Below are positions 12,700 to 24,517 of a DNA stretch of 31,991 nucleotides, in pieces; the stretch's first letter is position 1, and every line of letters begins with the position of its first letter. The notes beneath the pieces were generated by a model. That model was not told the origin of the DNA, ran no database searches, and saw only the letters and a list, made by a program, of their open reading frames with translations. The position numbers were made by a program, and so were the translations under genes. The stretch is from Octopus sinensis (Eukaryota). The stretch is taken from assembly GCF_006345805.1 (NCBI RefSeq), contig NW_021832670.1, positions 1-31,991 on the forward strand, given 5' to 3'.

Positions 12700-13350
12700 C
12701 TGCTATTGTTATTGTTGCTGTTGTTGTTGTTGTTGTTGTTGTTGCTGCAAATATAAAAATCTTGTACCAGTTTTCGTTGTTATAACATCTTTTGAAATAC
12801 AGCCATTGTTGTTATTGTTGTTGTTGTTGCTGTTATTGTTGTTGTTATTGTCATTGTGATAGCGATCATGTTATAAATGTTGCTATTGATGACCATGATG
12901 ATTACGATGATGATGATGATGATGGTGATCACAGCAGCAGCAGTAGTGGCGATGGCAGCGGCAACAGTGATGGTGGTGGTGGTGGTGGTGGTGGTTGTGG
13001 TGATGGTGGTGGTGGTAGTGGTGGTAGTGGTGGTGATGGTGGTAGTGGTGGTGGTGGTGGTGGTGGCAGCAGTGGTGGTGGTGGTGGTGGTGGTGGTGAT
13101 GGTGGTGGTGGCGGCAGCGATGGTGCCGGTGGTGGCAGTGTTGGTGGTGATGACGATGACAGTATAATAAATCTTGTAAATAATGATATAACTTGCAGTA
13201 GATGTACTTATTGCCACTAGTGTTTATAGTTTGGCTTTCTTTGTCATCGGTGTTGCTGTTGTTGTTGCTGTTGTTTGTAGTGGTGGTGGTGGTGGTGGTA
13301 GGTGGTGGTGGTGGTAGGTGGTGGGTGGTGGTGATAGGTGGTGGTGGTCA
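12700..13350. repeat. (GTT)n/(GGT)n/(GAT)n trinucleotide tracts
   Basis: Read directly. The poly-Gly, poly-Val and poly-Thr ORFs are translations of these tracts. Confidence 0.9.
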
Positions 13351-13494
13351 TCGTCATTGTAGTGCCGAACGGTGCAGTGCAGGCAATGACGGTTGGCCGT
13401 GTTTCTTTGTTTTCATAAACTTGTATTGTTTAAGAAGATGTTTTTGTCGACGTCCATGCTGATCACCATCACGATGATCAAGATAATCATGTTT

Positions 13495-13496
13495 GT

Positions 13497-13528
<32 letters not shown>

Positions 13529-13859
13529 GTTATGATGGTTATGATGATGGTTATGATGATAATGACAACGAAAAATAATGAAGATGATGATGATGACGGT
13601 GAATACGACGATGACGACAACGACGATGACGGCGATGTTGATGGTGATGATGATGATGATGATGATGATGGTTATGATGATAATGACAACGAAAAATAAT
13701 GAAGATGATGATGCCGATGATGATGATGCCGATGATGACGACGATGACGGTGATGTTGATGGTGATGATAATGATGATGGTTATGATGATAATGACAACG
13801 AAAAATAATGAAAATGATGATGCCGATGATGATGATGGTGGTGATGATGATGGTGATGG

Positions 13860-13903
<44 letters not shown>

Positions 13904-14201
13904 GTTATGATGATAATGACAACGAAAAATAATGAAAATGATGATGCCGATGATGATGATGATGGTGATGATGATGGTGATGGTGATGATGATGATGATG
14001 ATTGATGATGATGATGATGGTTATGATATAATGACAACGAAAATAATAAAATGATGATGCGATGATGATGATGGTGATGATGACACGATGACGGTGATGT
14101 TGATGGTGATGATAATGATGATGGTTATGATGATAATGAAACGAAAATAATGAAAATGATGATGCCGATGATGATGATGATGGTGATGATGATGGTGATG
14201 G

Positions 14202-14247
<46 letters not shown>

Positions 14248-14328
14248 TTGTTATGATGATATGACAACGAAAAATAATGAAAATGATGATGCCGATGATG
14301 ATGATGATGGTGATGATGATGGTGATGG

Positions 14329-14360
<32 letters not shown>

Positions 14361-14380
14361 GATGATGATGATGATGATGC
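13495..14380. repeat. Compound (GAT)n minisatellite, about 7 units of 105-125 bp
   Basis: The spacer AATGACAACGAAAAATAATGA recurs at 13561, 13682, 13791, 13915, about 14030, about 14135 and about 14260. Confidence 0.9.
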
Positions 14381-14559
14381 CTTAACTGCTGTTGCTGTTG
14401 ATGTCATTGTTTCCTGAAGTTTTTGACAGATTCATTATAATAATCTGCATCATGCATTTCCTTTCCATTCCTTTAGATCTGACACTTAAGAAAACGAAAG
14501 AAGAAGAAAAAAAATAAAAGAAGTTTAAAAGAAAAGCAACTAATTCAGATTAATATCTC

Positions 14560-14843
14560 CCCCCCCCCTCTACTACTCTCCCCCCCTCTACACCCCTTCC
14601 CATTCTCTTTCTCTTTGTTTTTCATTTTCTCTCTCTCTCTCTCTCTCTCCTTCGTTCTCCCTCTCTTTCACTGTCTTTGTCGCTGAGTCCTTCTTTTTCT
14701 CTCTCTCTCTCTTTCTCTCACTTAATCTTATACTCTCTCTCTCTCTCTCTCTTTCTCTCACTTAATCTTATACTCTTTCTCTTTCTCTTTCTCTCTCTCT
14801 CTTTTTCTCACTCTTTTACTTTGACTTCTTCTCTTACACTCAT

Positions 14844-14889
<46 letters not shown>

Positions 14890-15080
14890 TCTCTTTCAAC
14901 ATTTTTCTCTGATTAACTCTCTCTCCCTTTCTCTCCCACTCTCTCGCTTTGTCTCATTCTTTTACTTTAACTTCTTCACTTGCACTCTTTCTCTCACCCT
15001 TTTTCTCTTTCAACATGTTTCTCTGATTAACTCTCCCCCCACTCTCTTTCCCTCCCTCTATTTCTTTCTCTCTCTTCTAA
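14560..15080. repeat. CT-rich tract with short internal duplications
   Basis: TTTCTCTCACTTAATCTTATACTC occurs twice, and CTTTCAACAT(T/G)TTTCTCTGATTAACTCTC occurs twice. Confidence 0.8.
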
Positions 15081-15224
15081 GTTGGACATTCTTAAAAAAA
15101 AAAAGATATTCTGAAATCTTTATAATTTCACTGAAATTGTCAAAATATTATTTGGTTTTTGTTATATTCAGAAGCCATATTCAATAGTTACAGTAAATTG
15201 ACTGTGACTTTAGTATTATATTTA

Positions 15225-15865
15225 TTTTATGATTGTTATTATGATATTAGCAGTTATGATAGAGGTGTTTGTTTGCGGATGATTATGAGTATGTTAAATT
15301 TTGTAATATGACTATTGTTTGCGACCTAAACAGTTTATGATTGTGATAAGTGTTGTGATGCTATTGCTATGATATTAGTAGAACAATGATAGAAATGTTT
15401 ACTTGTAGTGGGTAAGTCTGTGATAGATATTGTAATATTACTGTTGTCATGATATTCATAGTTTATAATTGTGATAGGTGTTATGATATCAGTAGTTTAT
15501 GATTGTGATAATTCTTATGATATTAATAGTTTATGATTGTGATATATGTCATGATATATTTGTAGTTTACAATTGTGATTGATGTTATGATAGTAGCTTA
15601 TGATTGTATTAAGTTTTTAGATATTAGTGGTTTATGATTGTAATAGGTGTTATGATATTAGTAATTTATGATTGTGAGATGTGTTATGATATTAACAGTT
15701 TCTAATTATGACAGGTGTTTTGATATTAGTAGTCTATGATTGTGATAGATGTTGAAATATTTGTAGTTTATGATTGCTATAGGTGTTCAGATATTAACAG
15801 TTTATGAATGGGATAACTGTTGTGATATTAAGCAGTGTATGATTGTGATAGGTATTGAGATGTTA
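15225..15865. repeat. Cryptic, diverged 34-36-bp minisatellite
   Basis: Recurring consensus GTGTTATGATATTAGTAGTTTATGATTGTGATAG, about 17 diverged units. Confidence 0.8.
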
Positions 15866-15901
15866 TTAATAATAATCATAATAATAATGATGATGATGAT
15901 G

Positions 15902-15932
<31 letters not shown>

Positions 15933-15935
<3 letters not shown>

Positions 15936-16276
15936 TGCAGTACCAGGCAGTGGCTCTCATGGCTTCTGATTGGAAGTGTTATCATGTACATTGTTTTGTC
16001 TTGGTATAAAAGATGGGCTACAGCAAATATTCTGCTCAATACCACAGATTTGCTTGTCAGTTGTTTGACCATAACCAGTTGAGCATGTCCCTTAGTGGCT
16101 GACGATATGTGCATCTCTGATCATGAGCAGAAGTAGTGGGGGAGAATCATAGCCATGTGTTGAGAGGGATTCTTTGGGGTTTGAATAATTCACCTCTGGA
16201 AACATGGGTGGTTCTTTCAACATCCTTAAACAACCCTTATTCAGGGACCTTTTGAGCGGGATGGGCTACTCAACCT
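15933..16276 (+). mobile_element. Interspersed element E, 5' part (cut off by a SINE-A 3' half)
   Basis: Highly similar to 18772-19125. It starts within an (AAT)n run. Confidence 0.85.
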
Positions 16277-16494
16277 GTTTGTGTGTTTGTGTTTGTCCCC
16301 CTAGCATTGCTTGACAACCGATGCTGGTGTGTTTACGTCCCCGTCACTTAGCGGTTCGGCAAAAGAGACCGATAGAATAAGTACTGGGCTTACAAAGAAT
16401 AAGTCCCGGGGTCGATTTGCTCGACTAAAGGCGGTGCTCCAGCATGGCTGCAGTCAAATGACTGAAACAAGTAAAAGAGTAAAAGAGTAAAGAG
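16277..16494 (+). mobile_element. SINE family A, 3' half
   Basis: TTTGTCCCCCTAGCATTGC...GAAACAAGTAAAAGAGTAAAAGAG. Confidence 0.9.
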
Positions 16495-17187
16495 CATGGT
16501 ATGATGTGAAGACGATTTTGTTGTTTTTTTCAAGCTTGTAGAATGGAGTGTGAATTGTCTTTTGCACTTTTGCTATATCTAGCATTGCGTTATCTAAAAT
16601 TCAGCAACATTATCCATTGTAGTCAACCTTCCTTCTTCAAGACGTAATGGTGGACCTTTAGGAAGAGTCTCTCTTTCTCCCTTGTTGGTTTTGTAAGTTT
16701 TCGTGTCGAACTTAATGCTGTTCTTGGATGCATCATAACTAAACTTATGTATGTGTTAAAAATTTGTTGCAGTCATTGTGCTCAATTGTTTCTTTCGTTG
16801 CAGTGTTATGCGATGGTGTAATACAAATACTGTTTGTTGGTAGCTCAAAGAGTAAACTAATGAGGCTTGAAAAAAGCGTACCAAAGGAGAATTATTACAC
16901 TTGAAGATGGGTTAAATTATTGATGTGAAGCAATATCATACCATCTCCTTTCATTTTACAGCACTTTTGAAAAGCACCCGCTCCTCTGAATCTTTTCATG
17001 TTCTATGAACTGTATTATTGAATGTACTAGTTTAGTAACTATAGTCTTTTCTTTCTTTCTTTATTATTTATTTATTTATTTATTTATTTCAGCAACATCC
17101 AACTATGGAAATACCATACCAAAGCAATTATTATATGACTATTCTACAGTATTTAATACTACATTGTAACAATTTTTTTCCCTTATA

Positions 17188-17595
17188 ATCATCATCATCA
17201 TCGTTTAGCGTCCGCTTTCCGTGCTAGCATGGGTTGGACGGTTTAACTGGGGTCTGAGAAACCAGAAGGCTGCACCAGGCCCCAGTCTGATCTGGCAATG
17301 TTTCTATGGCTGGATGCCCTTCCTAACACCAACCACTCCATGAGTGTAGTGGGTGCTTTTTATGTGCCAACGGCACAGGTGCCAGACGAGGCTGGCAAAC
17401 GGCCACGGTCGGATGGTGCTTTTTACGTGCCACCGGCACGGGGGCCAGGCGAGGCTGGCAATGGCCACGATCGGATGGTGCTTTTTACGTGCCACCGGCA
17501 CAGGTGCCAGATGAGGCTGGAAAATGGCCACGGTCAGATGGTGCTTTTTACGTGCCACTGGCACAGGTGCCAGACGAGGCTGGCAAATGGCCACA
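17188..17595 (-). mobile_element. SINE family C with four internal 62-63-bp tandem units
   Basis: Family C tail plus units beginning GGTGCTTTTTA(C/T)GTGCCA at 17352, 17415, 17477 and 17540. Confidence 0.88.
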
Positions 17596-17842
17596 AATAA
17601 TAATGATGATGATGATGACAATAATAATAGTAATAATAATAATAATAAAAACAATAATATAATAATAATAATGATAGGTTAGTTGAGTTAGAGGTTAAAA
17701 AACCGTCTAAGGGATTGAAGTATCCATTACACTACCAGTATATTACTTATGTTTAACCACGGGCATACATATGCAAGCATATGATGCTCATAAATTATAG
17801 GTTAAGACAAGGAAAAACATAGGTTTTATCAAGAATCAAAAT

Positions 17843-18066
17843 TTAAAGAAAACAGGAAATGGAGAAGTACTGATGAACAACAATTCACTTACAACAATTA
17901 TTAATTATTAATTCAATGCAAATAGACTGCATATCATCTAACAGCTGCTTCTAAGGAAGCAGAAACGGCTGTTAGACAGGATGCAACCCATTTGCATTAA
18001 ATTAATAATTAATAATTGATGTAAGCGAATTGTTGTTCATCAGTACTTCTCCATTTTCTGTTTTCT

Positions 18067-18070
<4 letters not shown>
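17843..18070. repeat. Fold-back element (~103-bp arms) with a central hairpin
   Basis: 17843-17945 is the reverse complement of 17968-18070. The centre is TGCTTC-TAAG-GAAGCA plus GAAACG. Confidence 0.9.
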
Positions 18071-18099
<29 letters not shown>

Positions 18100-18718
18100 G
18101 GAACTGCTCATATCCTATGCAAAATACTCTCTATGTAATCTCAAGGTTTAAAACAAACTTTTTTTAAAAATTTATTTATTAGACATTCACTAGTACAACA
18201 CCAAAAAATAAACCCCAAATATATGGCACACTAGGCATAACAACAACGTAAACTTCCAACCTGTTGTCTCTTGAGATCTCTGGGTGAGACCTGGAGCCAA
18301 CTTGTACAAACGTAAAGCAAAAGTCAAACATAGAATAATAATAATAATAATAAAAATGATAATAATAATAACAATAATAATAACAATAATAATAATAATT
18401 AATAATATAATAATAATAATATAATAATAATAATGGGAACTGCTCATATCCTATGCAAAATACTCTCTATGTAATCTCAAGGTTTAAAACAAACTTTTTT
18501 TAAAAATTTATTTATTAGACATTCACTAGTACAACACCAAAAAATAACCCCAAATATATGGCACACTAGGCATAACAACAACGTAAACTTCCAACCTGTG
18601 TCTCTTGAGATCTCTGGGTGAGACTTGGAGCCAACTTGTACAAACGTAAAGCAAAAGTCAAACATAGAATAATAATAATAATAATAAAAATGATAATAAT
18701 AATAACAATAATAATAAC

Positions 18719-18767
<49 letters not shown>
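18071..18767. repeat. 336-bp near-identical tandem duplication bounded by (AAT)n
   Basis: ATGGGAACTGCTCATATCC occurs at 18097 and 18433, and both copies run to AAGTCAAACATAGAATAATAAT. Confidence 0.92.
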
Positions 18768-19321
18768 GCCCTGATGCAGTACCAGGCAGTGGCTCTCATG
18801 GCTTCTGATCTTAACTGATTGGAAGTGTTATCATGTACATTGTTTTGTCTTGGTATAAAAGATGGGCTACAGCAAATATTCTGCTCAATACCACAGATTT
18901 GCTTGTCAGTTGTTTGACCTTAACCAGTTAAGCATGTTCCTTAGTGGCTGACGGTATGTGCATCTCTAATCACGAGCAGAAGTAGTGGGGGAGCATCATA
19001 GCCATGTGTTGAGAGGGATTCTTTGGGGTTTGAATAATTCACCTCTGGAAACATAGGTGTTTCGTTCAATATCCTTAAACAACCCTTATTCAGGGACCTT
19101 TTGAGCGGGATGGGCTACTCAACCTGAAGAAAATTCTAACTGGGCCCCACCTGCAAGGTCATGTGCTGTTTATCTTGATATGAGATGACCATGTCGCGCA
19201 CATATGGTTGTGATGCATGTGCCTGGTATACCCTTATCAGACGGGTAGTCATGATGGGTATACTGGGCTTCGTATATTTTACCCCAGTGTCACTTTGATG
19301 GCATGCACTGTTCTCTCACTC

Positions 19322-19363
<42 letters not shown>

Positions 19364-19378
19364 TATAATTATAATAAT
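18768..19378 (+). mobile_element. Interspersed element E (~550 bp) with (AAT)n tail; probable non-LTR retroposon
   Basis: A second copy lies at 15933. It ends CACTGTTCTCTCACTC followed by (AAT)n, and is flanked by AAT microsatellite on both sides. Confidence 0.75.
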
Positions 19379-19794
19379 TAGAATTATAATACTTTCTTTC
19401 TTTATCTGCCACCAGGGCCATACTCAGAACATAAAGAACCAATACACTGATGAGGGACAGTGGGGTTAGACAGGCAAGAAGCAAAAAACACAACAATTAA
19501 CAAGATTAACCCAACAATATAGTTCCCCAATAGGGGTTGGGGAGTTCTGCCGAGAGGTGACCAAAGAAACCTCACACACTTTGGATCCCCTAAAACCGAA
19601 GGTACCTCAGGCAGGTACCCCTCTCCTCCTCATTCCATCTGGCCTATAGGTACCCACTTAGAGTAGGCCCATTTATATAGGCTTTTCTTGCCACAGTAAT
19701 AATAATGATAAAAATAATAATAGCAGTGAAATTCCAAGGGAAACTGAAGCTAGAATTGACTGAATAATATAGAATAAACTGGGATATATAAAAT

Positions 19795-20280
<486 letters not shown>

Positions 20281-21364
20281 TTTTCTACTGTCATTCTTTT
20301 GAATCGTACTATCACTGAATGAGTTTCACATAAAACCTATATCCATTCCCCTATTCAAGGGCTCTTATAAGTGCATGCTTGACTATACTTCAATGGGGAC
20401 AGGATCAAAATGTGTCTAGAGTTATCGTTGTGGTTAGCAGAGGTAGATTTACTTCTCACAAGATGTCTCCATTCAATTTTTAAACAATTTAAATTTCAGA
20501 GTTTTTCCTCTTGCCTATTTTAATAAAAATTGCCTTTAATGTTAATCTCTTAATTTTTATTCTGAATAAAAGTGTAATTTCATTTGCTTAAATATTCTTT
20601 CTTACTCTCTTTATTAATTGAGTTCATACCTAATTTAGATATAGTTTTAATTAACAGATGAAGTTTCAATGACATCGTGTGCTATGCTTATGAATTCTGC
20701 AAAATGTGTGAAATAAAAAAATATACAGGAATGATGTAGAAATGAATTAGTAGAAGTATATTTATCATACACTATAATATTAACACTCCAATATTGATTG
20801 CTTTAATAGCTACTAACGATATTATAATACCAATTGCTCTTAACTATTTTACAGACCATAAAAGATAATCATCAGATCTCTGTACTGTTTATCTTAATCC
20901 TAACACTCTTGAAAAATAACAACAGCCGTAACAACAGTCATCGTATCCGCACGTTCTTAAAATATTTAAATAAGTTGCAAAGGGAAAGGTTAAAAGATGC
21001 TATTAAAGAAGAGCATCCAGAAGGCCTGGTGATTATTTTAGTCTAAAAGAATTCAAATTGTGCCGCTCGACATTAAATTGTAGCCCCAATTCAAAATTGG
21101 CTTCGATTTACATAAATAGCATATTTAAATTTTATTGACTCTTGGTCAATAGACATGTGGCTTGCATCTCGTTTCTTGTGATTCGTTAGCTACACAACAT
21201 ATGCATGTTCTTCGTTCGCTTCCTACGTCCCCTTCACCTTCACTGCCAAAGACAAGAAGAGTGTTGGTCTGTTAGAAGATTTTTCCTGAATATTGAAACT
21301 ATGCAGATAGAAGAAAAGAAGTAGAAATAAATAAATAAATTACATGTATGGTGTGTGTATATAC

Positions 21365-21399
<35 letters not shown>

Positions 21400-21714
21400 T
21401 CATATATATATATATATATATATATTACATATATATATATATATATATATATACACACTGATACATACATACAAAATAACTAAAGCAAAATACAAAATAA
21501 GGGGGGAGGAAAAAAAAGGAAAAATAAATTTTCTTATACATGAAAACAAGTAAAACAGCTCTACAAATTAAGTAATGGTAATGCTTGTGTTTTTAGATTC
21601 AAGCCTTTACGATCAAAGCAAGCAATTCTTACAGTCACGGTAAACGCACAAAAGAAGCGGCTCATGTTTTGTTCGATCTAATGTGTATCATTTTCTTTGG
21701 ATTATTATGTAGTG

Positions 21715-21834
21715 TGAGTATCTGTATGAGTGTGTGTGTATATATGTTTGTATATTCATGTGTGAGTATTTCTTGTGAGTATGCGAGTATTTAGTGAATG
21801 TGCGTAATGTATGCATATGTGAGTATCTGTATGA

Positions 21835-21884
<50 letters not shown>

Positions 21885-22077
21885 ATATATGTTTGTATTT
21901 GTATGTGTGAGTATTTCTTGTGAGTATGCGAGTATTTAGTGAATGTGCGTACTGTATGCATATGTGAGTATCTGTATGAGTGTGTGTGTATATATATGTG
22001 TGTGTGTGTGTGTATATATGTTTGTATTTGTATGTGTGAGTATTTTTGTGAGTATCTGTATGAGTGTGTATATATAT

Positions 22078-22109
<32 letters not shown>

Positions 22110-22300
22110 AGTATATATGTTTGTATTTGTATGTGTGAGTATTTCTGTGAGTATCTGTATGAGTGTGTATATATATTATATATATATATATATATATAAT
22201 ATATATATATATATGTGTGTGTGTATATGTTTGTATTTGTATGTGTGAGTATTTCTTGTGAGTATGCGAGTATTTAGTGAATGTGCGTACTGCATGCATA
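21715..22300. repeat. Variable-length tandem array built on (TG/TA)n
   Basis: Recurrent blocks GTGAGTATCTGTATGAGTG, TATGTTTGTATTTGTATGTGTGAGTATTT and GAGTATGCGAGTATTTAGTGAATGTGCGTA. Confidence 0.85.
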
Positions 22301-22974
22301 TGTGGGGAATCCGTATGCGCACGTATGCATGTGTGTGTATGCATATGCATGTACATGTGTTAATGTTATGTGTGCGTATTTGTGCGTTGTGTTGCGATGG
22401 GCCATCGGGATGGAAGGGAAGTATTGGCTTTGGTAGTTTTTGAAAAACGACTAAACGAAAAGCAAATTCCCTTGAGTCTGACACAGCAGCAGGATAATGA
22501 TCTTCGTTTGCATGAAAAATAATCAAATGCATCCTAGGGGAAATAATAATAAATCAAACACTTTCATTTGATTCAACTTGTTTAAGCTTCCAGCATTTCA
22601 CTTGTAATCCCCAAAACTGTGTTGATGCAATGTCAGAAAGCCTGTATCCACTCTTAAATCAGACACTCACCCTTAGCCTTTCTGTGGATATTCTAGTTTT
22701 TAAAAAAATAAAAGAGGGGGGGGGGAAAGAGTAAGAGTAAATATCTAATATTGAACATATTTTTTTTTTTTTAAATATTGTTTTAATGCTTTTATTTGTA
22801 TTTTTGGAAAAAGGTTTATTTAGTTATTTATTTATTTATTCATTTATTTAATTTTTTTTTTCTATTAATTTCATTTTATTTTATTTTTTAATTAAGAGAA
22901 AAAGAATTACATGCTGATATCAAAACTATTTTTAGAGTGCATTCAGGTTTTTTCTATGAAAAATTATTTTTATT

Positions 22975-23064
22975 ATCACCACCACCACCACCACCACCAC
23001 CACCACCATCTTTATACGTCGTCGCCATCATCATCATCATCATCATCATCAACAACATCAGCAC

Positions 23065-23110
<46 letters not shown>

Positions 23111-23255
23111 TTCCTACCAATACTAACAATCTTTATTGTTTATACAATCACTGTTACACATACTTTTCTCCACAAACAGCACCAAAAAAAAAAAGAAGAA
23201 AAAAAGCTGCTGCTGCTGCTACTACTACTACTACTACTTCTACTACTACTACTAA
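22975..23255. repeat. (CAC)n/(CAT)n/(CTA)n trinucleotide tracts
   Basis: Read directly from the sequence. Confidence 0.9.
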
Positions 23256-23711
23256 GTAAAATGATTACAACAATCATTTGTAACAACAACACAAAGCTAC
23301 ACATTTTGATGGAGGAGTGTAGTAATCAATTACATTTACACCTAGTACTTGACCGGTACTTTTTTTTTTTATTTATATCGACCCCCAACGGGACCTGAAA
23401 TCAGATGGTAAATGGAGCATGTCTAAATATTGAACAGCATTTTATCTGGTTCTTTACCGATTCTGTCACCCCTGCCACCACCCTATTACCGATAATACTA
23501 CTTGACTTATACTTTATTTTATCAGCTTCAGAGGGAAGAAAGGCAAAGTCATTCCATACAGGTTTTGAACTTAGATACATAGATAGATGTAAACTAAAAA
23601 CAGCAAAGGATTTTGTCCATTATTCCACCACTCCACCACTATCACCATCACCACCAACACCAACACCACCATCACTAACACCACCATCACTAACACCACC
23701 ATTCCTCAGTA

Positions 23712-23956
23712 ATATATGTATATATATATGTATGTGTGTCTGTGTTTGTCCCTCTAGCATTGCTTGACAACCGATGCTGGTGTGTTTACGTCCCCGTCAC
23801 CTAGCGGTTCGGCAAAAGAGTCCGGTAGAATAAGTACTGGGCTTACAAAGAATAAGTCCCAGGGTCGATTTGCTCGACTAAAGGCGGTGCTCCAGCATGG
23901 CCGCAGTCAAATGACTGAAACAAGTAAAAGAGTAAAAAGAGTAAAAGAGTAAGAGT
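23712..23956 (+). mobile_element. SINE family A, 3' half
   Basis: TGTGTTTGTCCCTCTAGCATTGCTTGACAACCG...GTAAAAGAGTAAAAAGAG. Confidence 0.9.
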
Positions 23957-23991
23957 AATTCAAATGTTAATAACAACAACAACAATAATAA

Positions 23992-24202
23992 TGATTTCAA
24001 ATTTTGGGTCTAGGCCTGTAATTACAGGTAAGGGGATAAGTCAAGTATATCGCATCAGTCCCAGTGCTAAACAGGTATTTATTTCATCAATCCCCAAAAG
24101 GATGAAAAGCAAAGTCAATCTGAACTCAGAACATAAAAGATAGATGAAATGTCGCAAAGCATTTTGCCCAGCATGCAAACAATTCTGCCAGCTCACTGCC
24201 TT
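23992..24202 (-). mobile_element. Old SINE family B monomer
   Basis: Diverged AAAGGATGAAAAGCAAAGTC...GAACTCAGAAC...CTGCCAGCTCACTGCCTT. Confidence 0.7.
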
Positions 24203-24204
24203 AA

Positions 24205-24472
24205 CCTTTTCGTTACTGTATTTATTTTGAGATGCTCTGTGCTTCTTTCAATTAGTCTTTACTCTTTTACTCTTTTACTTGTTTCAGTCATTTGACTGCG
24301 GCCATGCTGGAGCACCGCCTTTAGTCGAGCAAATCGACCCCGGGACTTATTCTTTCTAAGCCCAGTACTTATTCTATCGGTCTCTTTTTTGCCGAACCGC
24401 TAAGTGACGGGGACATAAACACACCAGCATCGGTTGTCAAGCAATGCTAGGGGGACAAACACAGACACACAA

Positions 24473-24517
<45 letters not shown>

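Noticed and set aside
12780-13462. Poly-Gly/Asp, poly-Val and poly-Thr ORFs
   Set aside because: Trinucleotide microsatellites lack stop codons in most frames, and there is no unique coding context.
17352-17595. CRISPR-like regular repeats
   Set aside because: The units are whole tandem copies without unique spacers, inside a eukaryotic SINE.
19390-19680. GC-richer segment containing CTGATGAG at about 19447
   Set aside because: No downstream GAAA with a pairing stem II was found. It may be an unrecognised repeat fragment, but no call can be supported.
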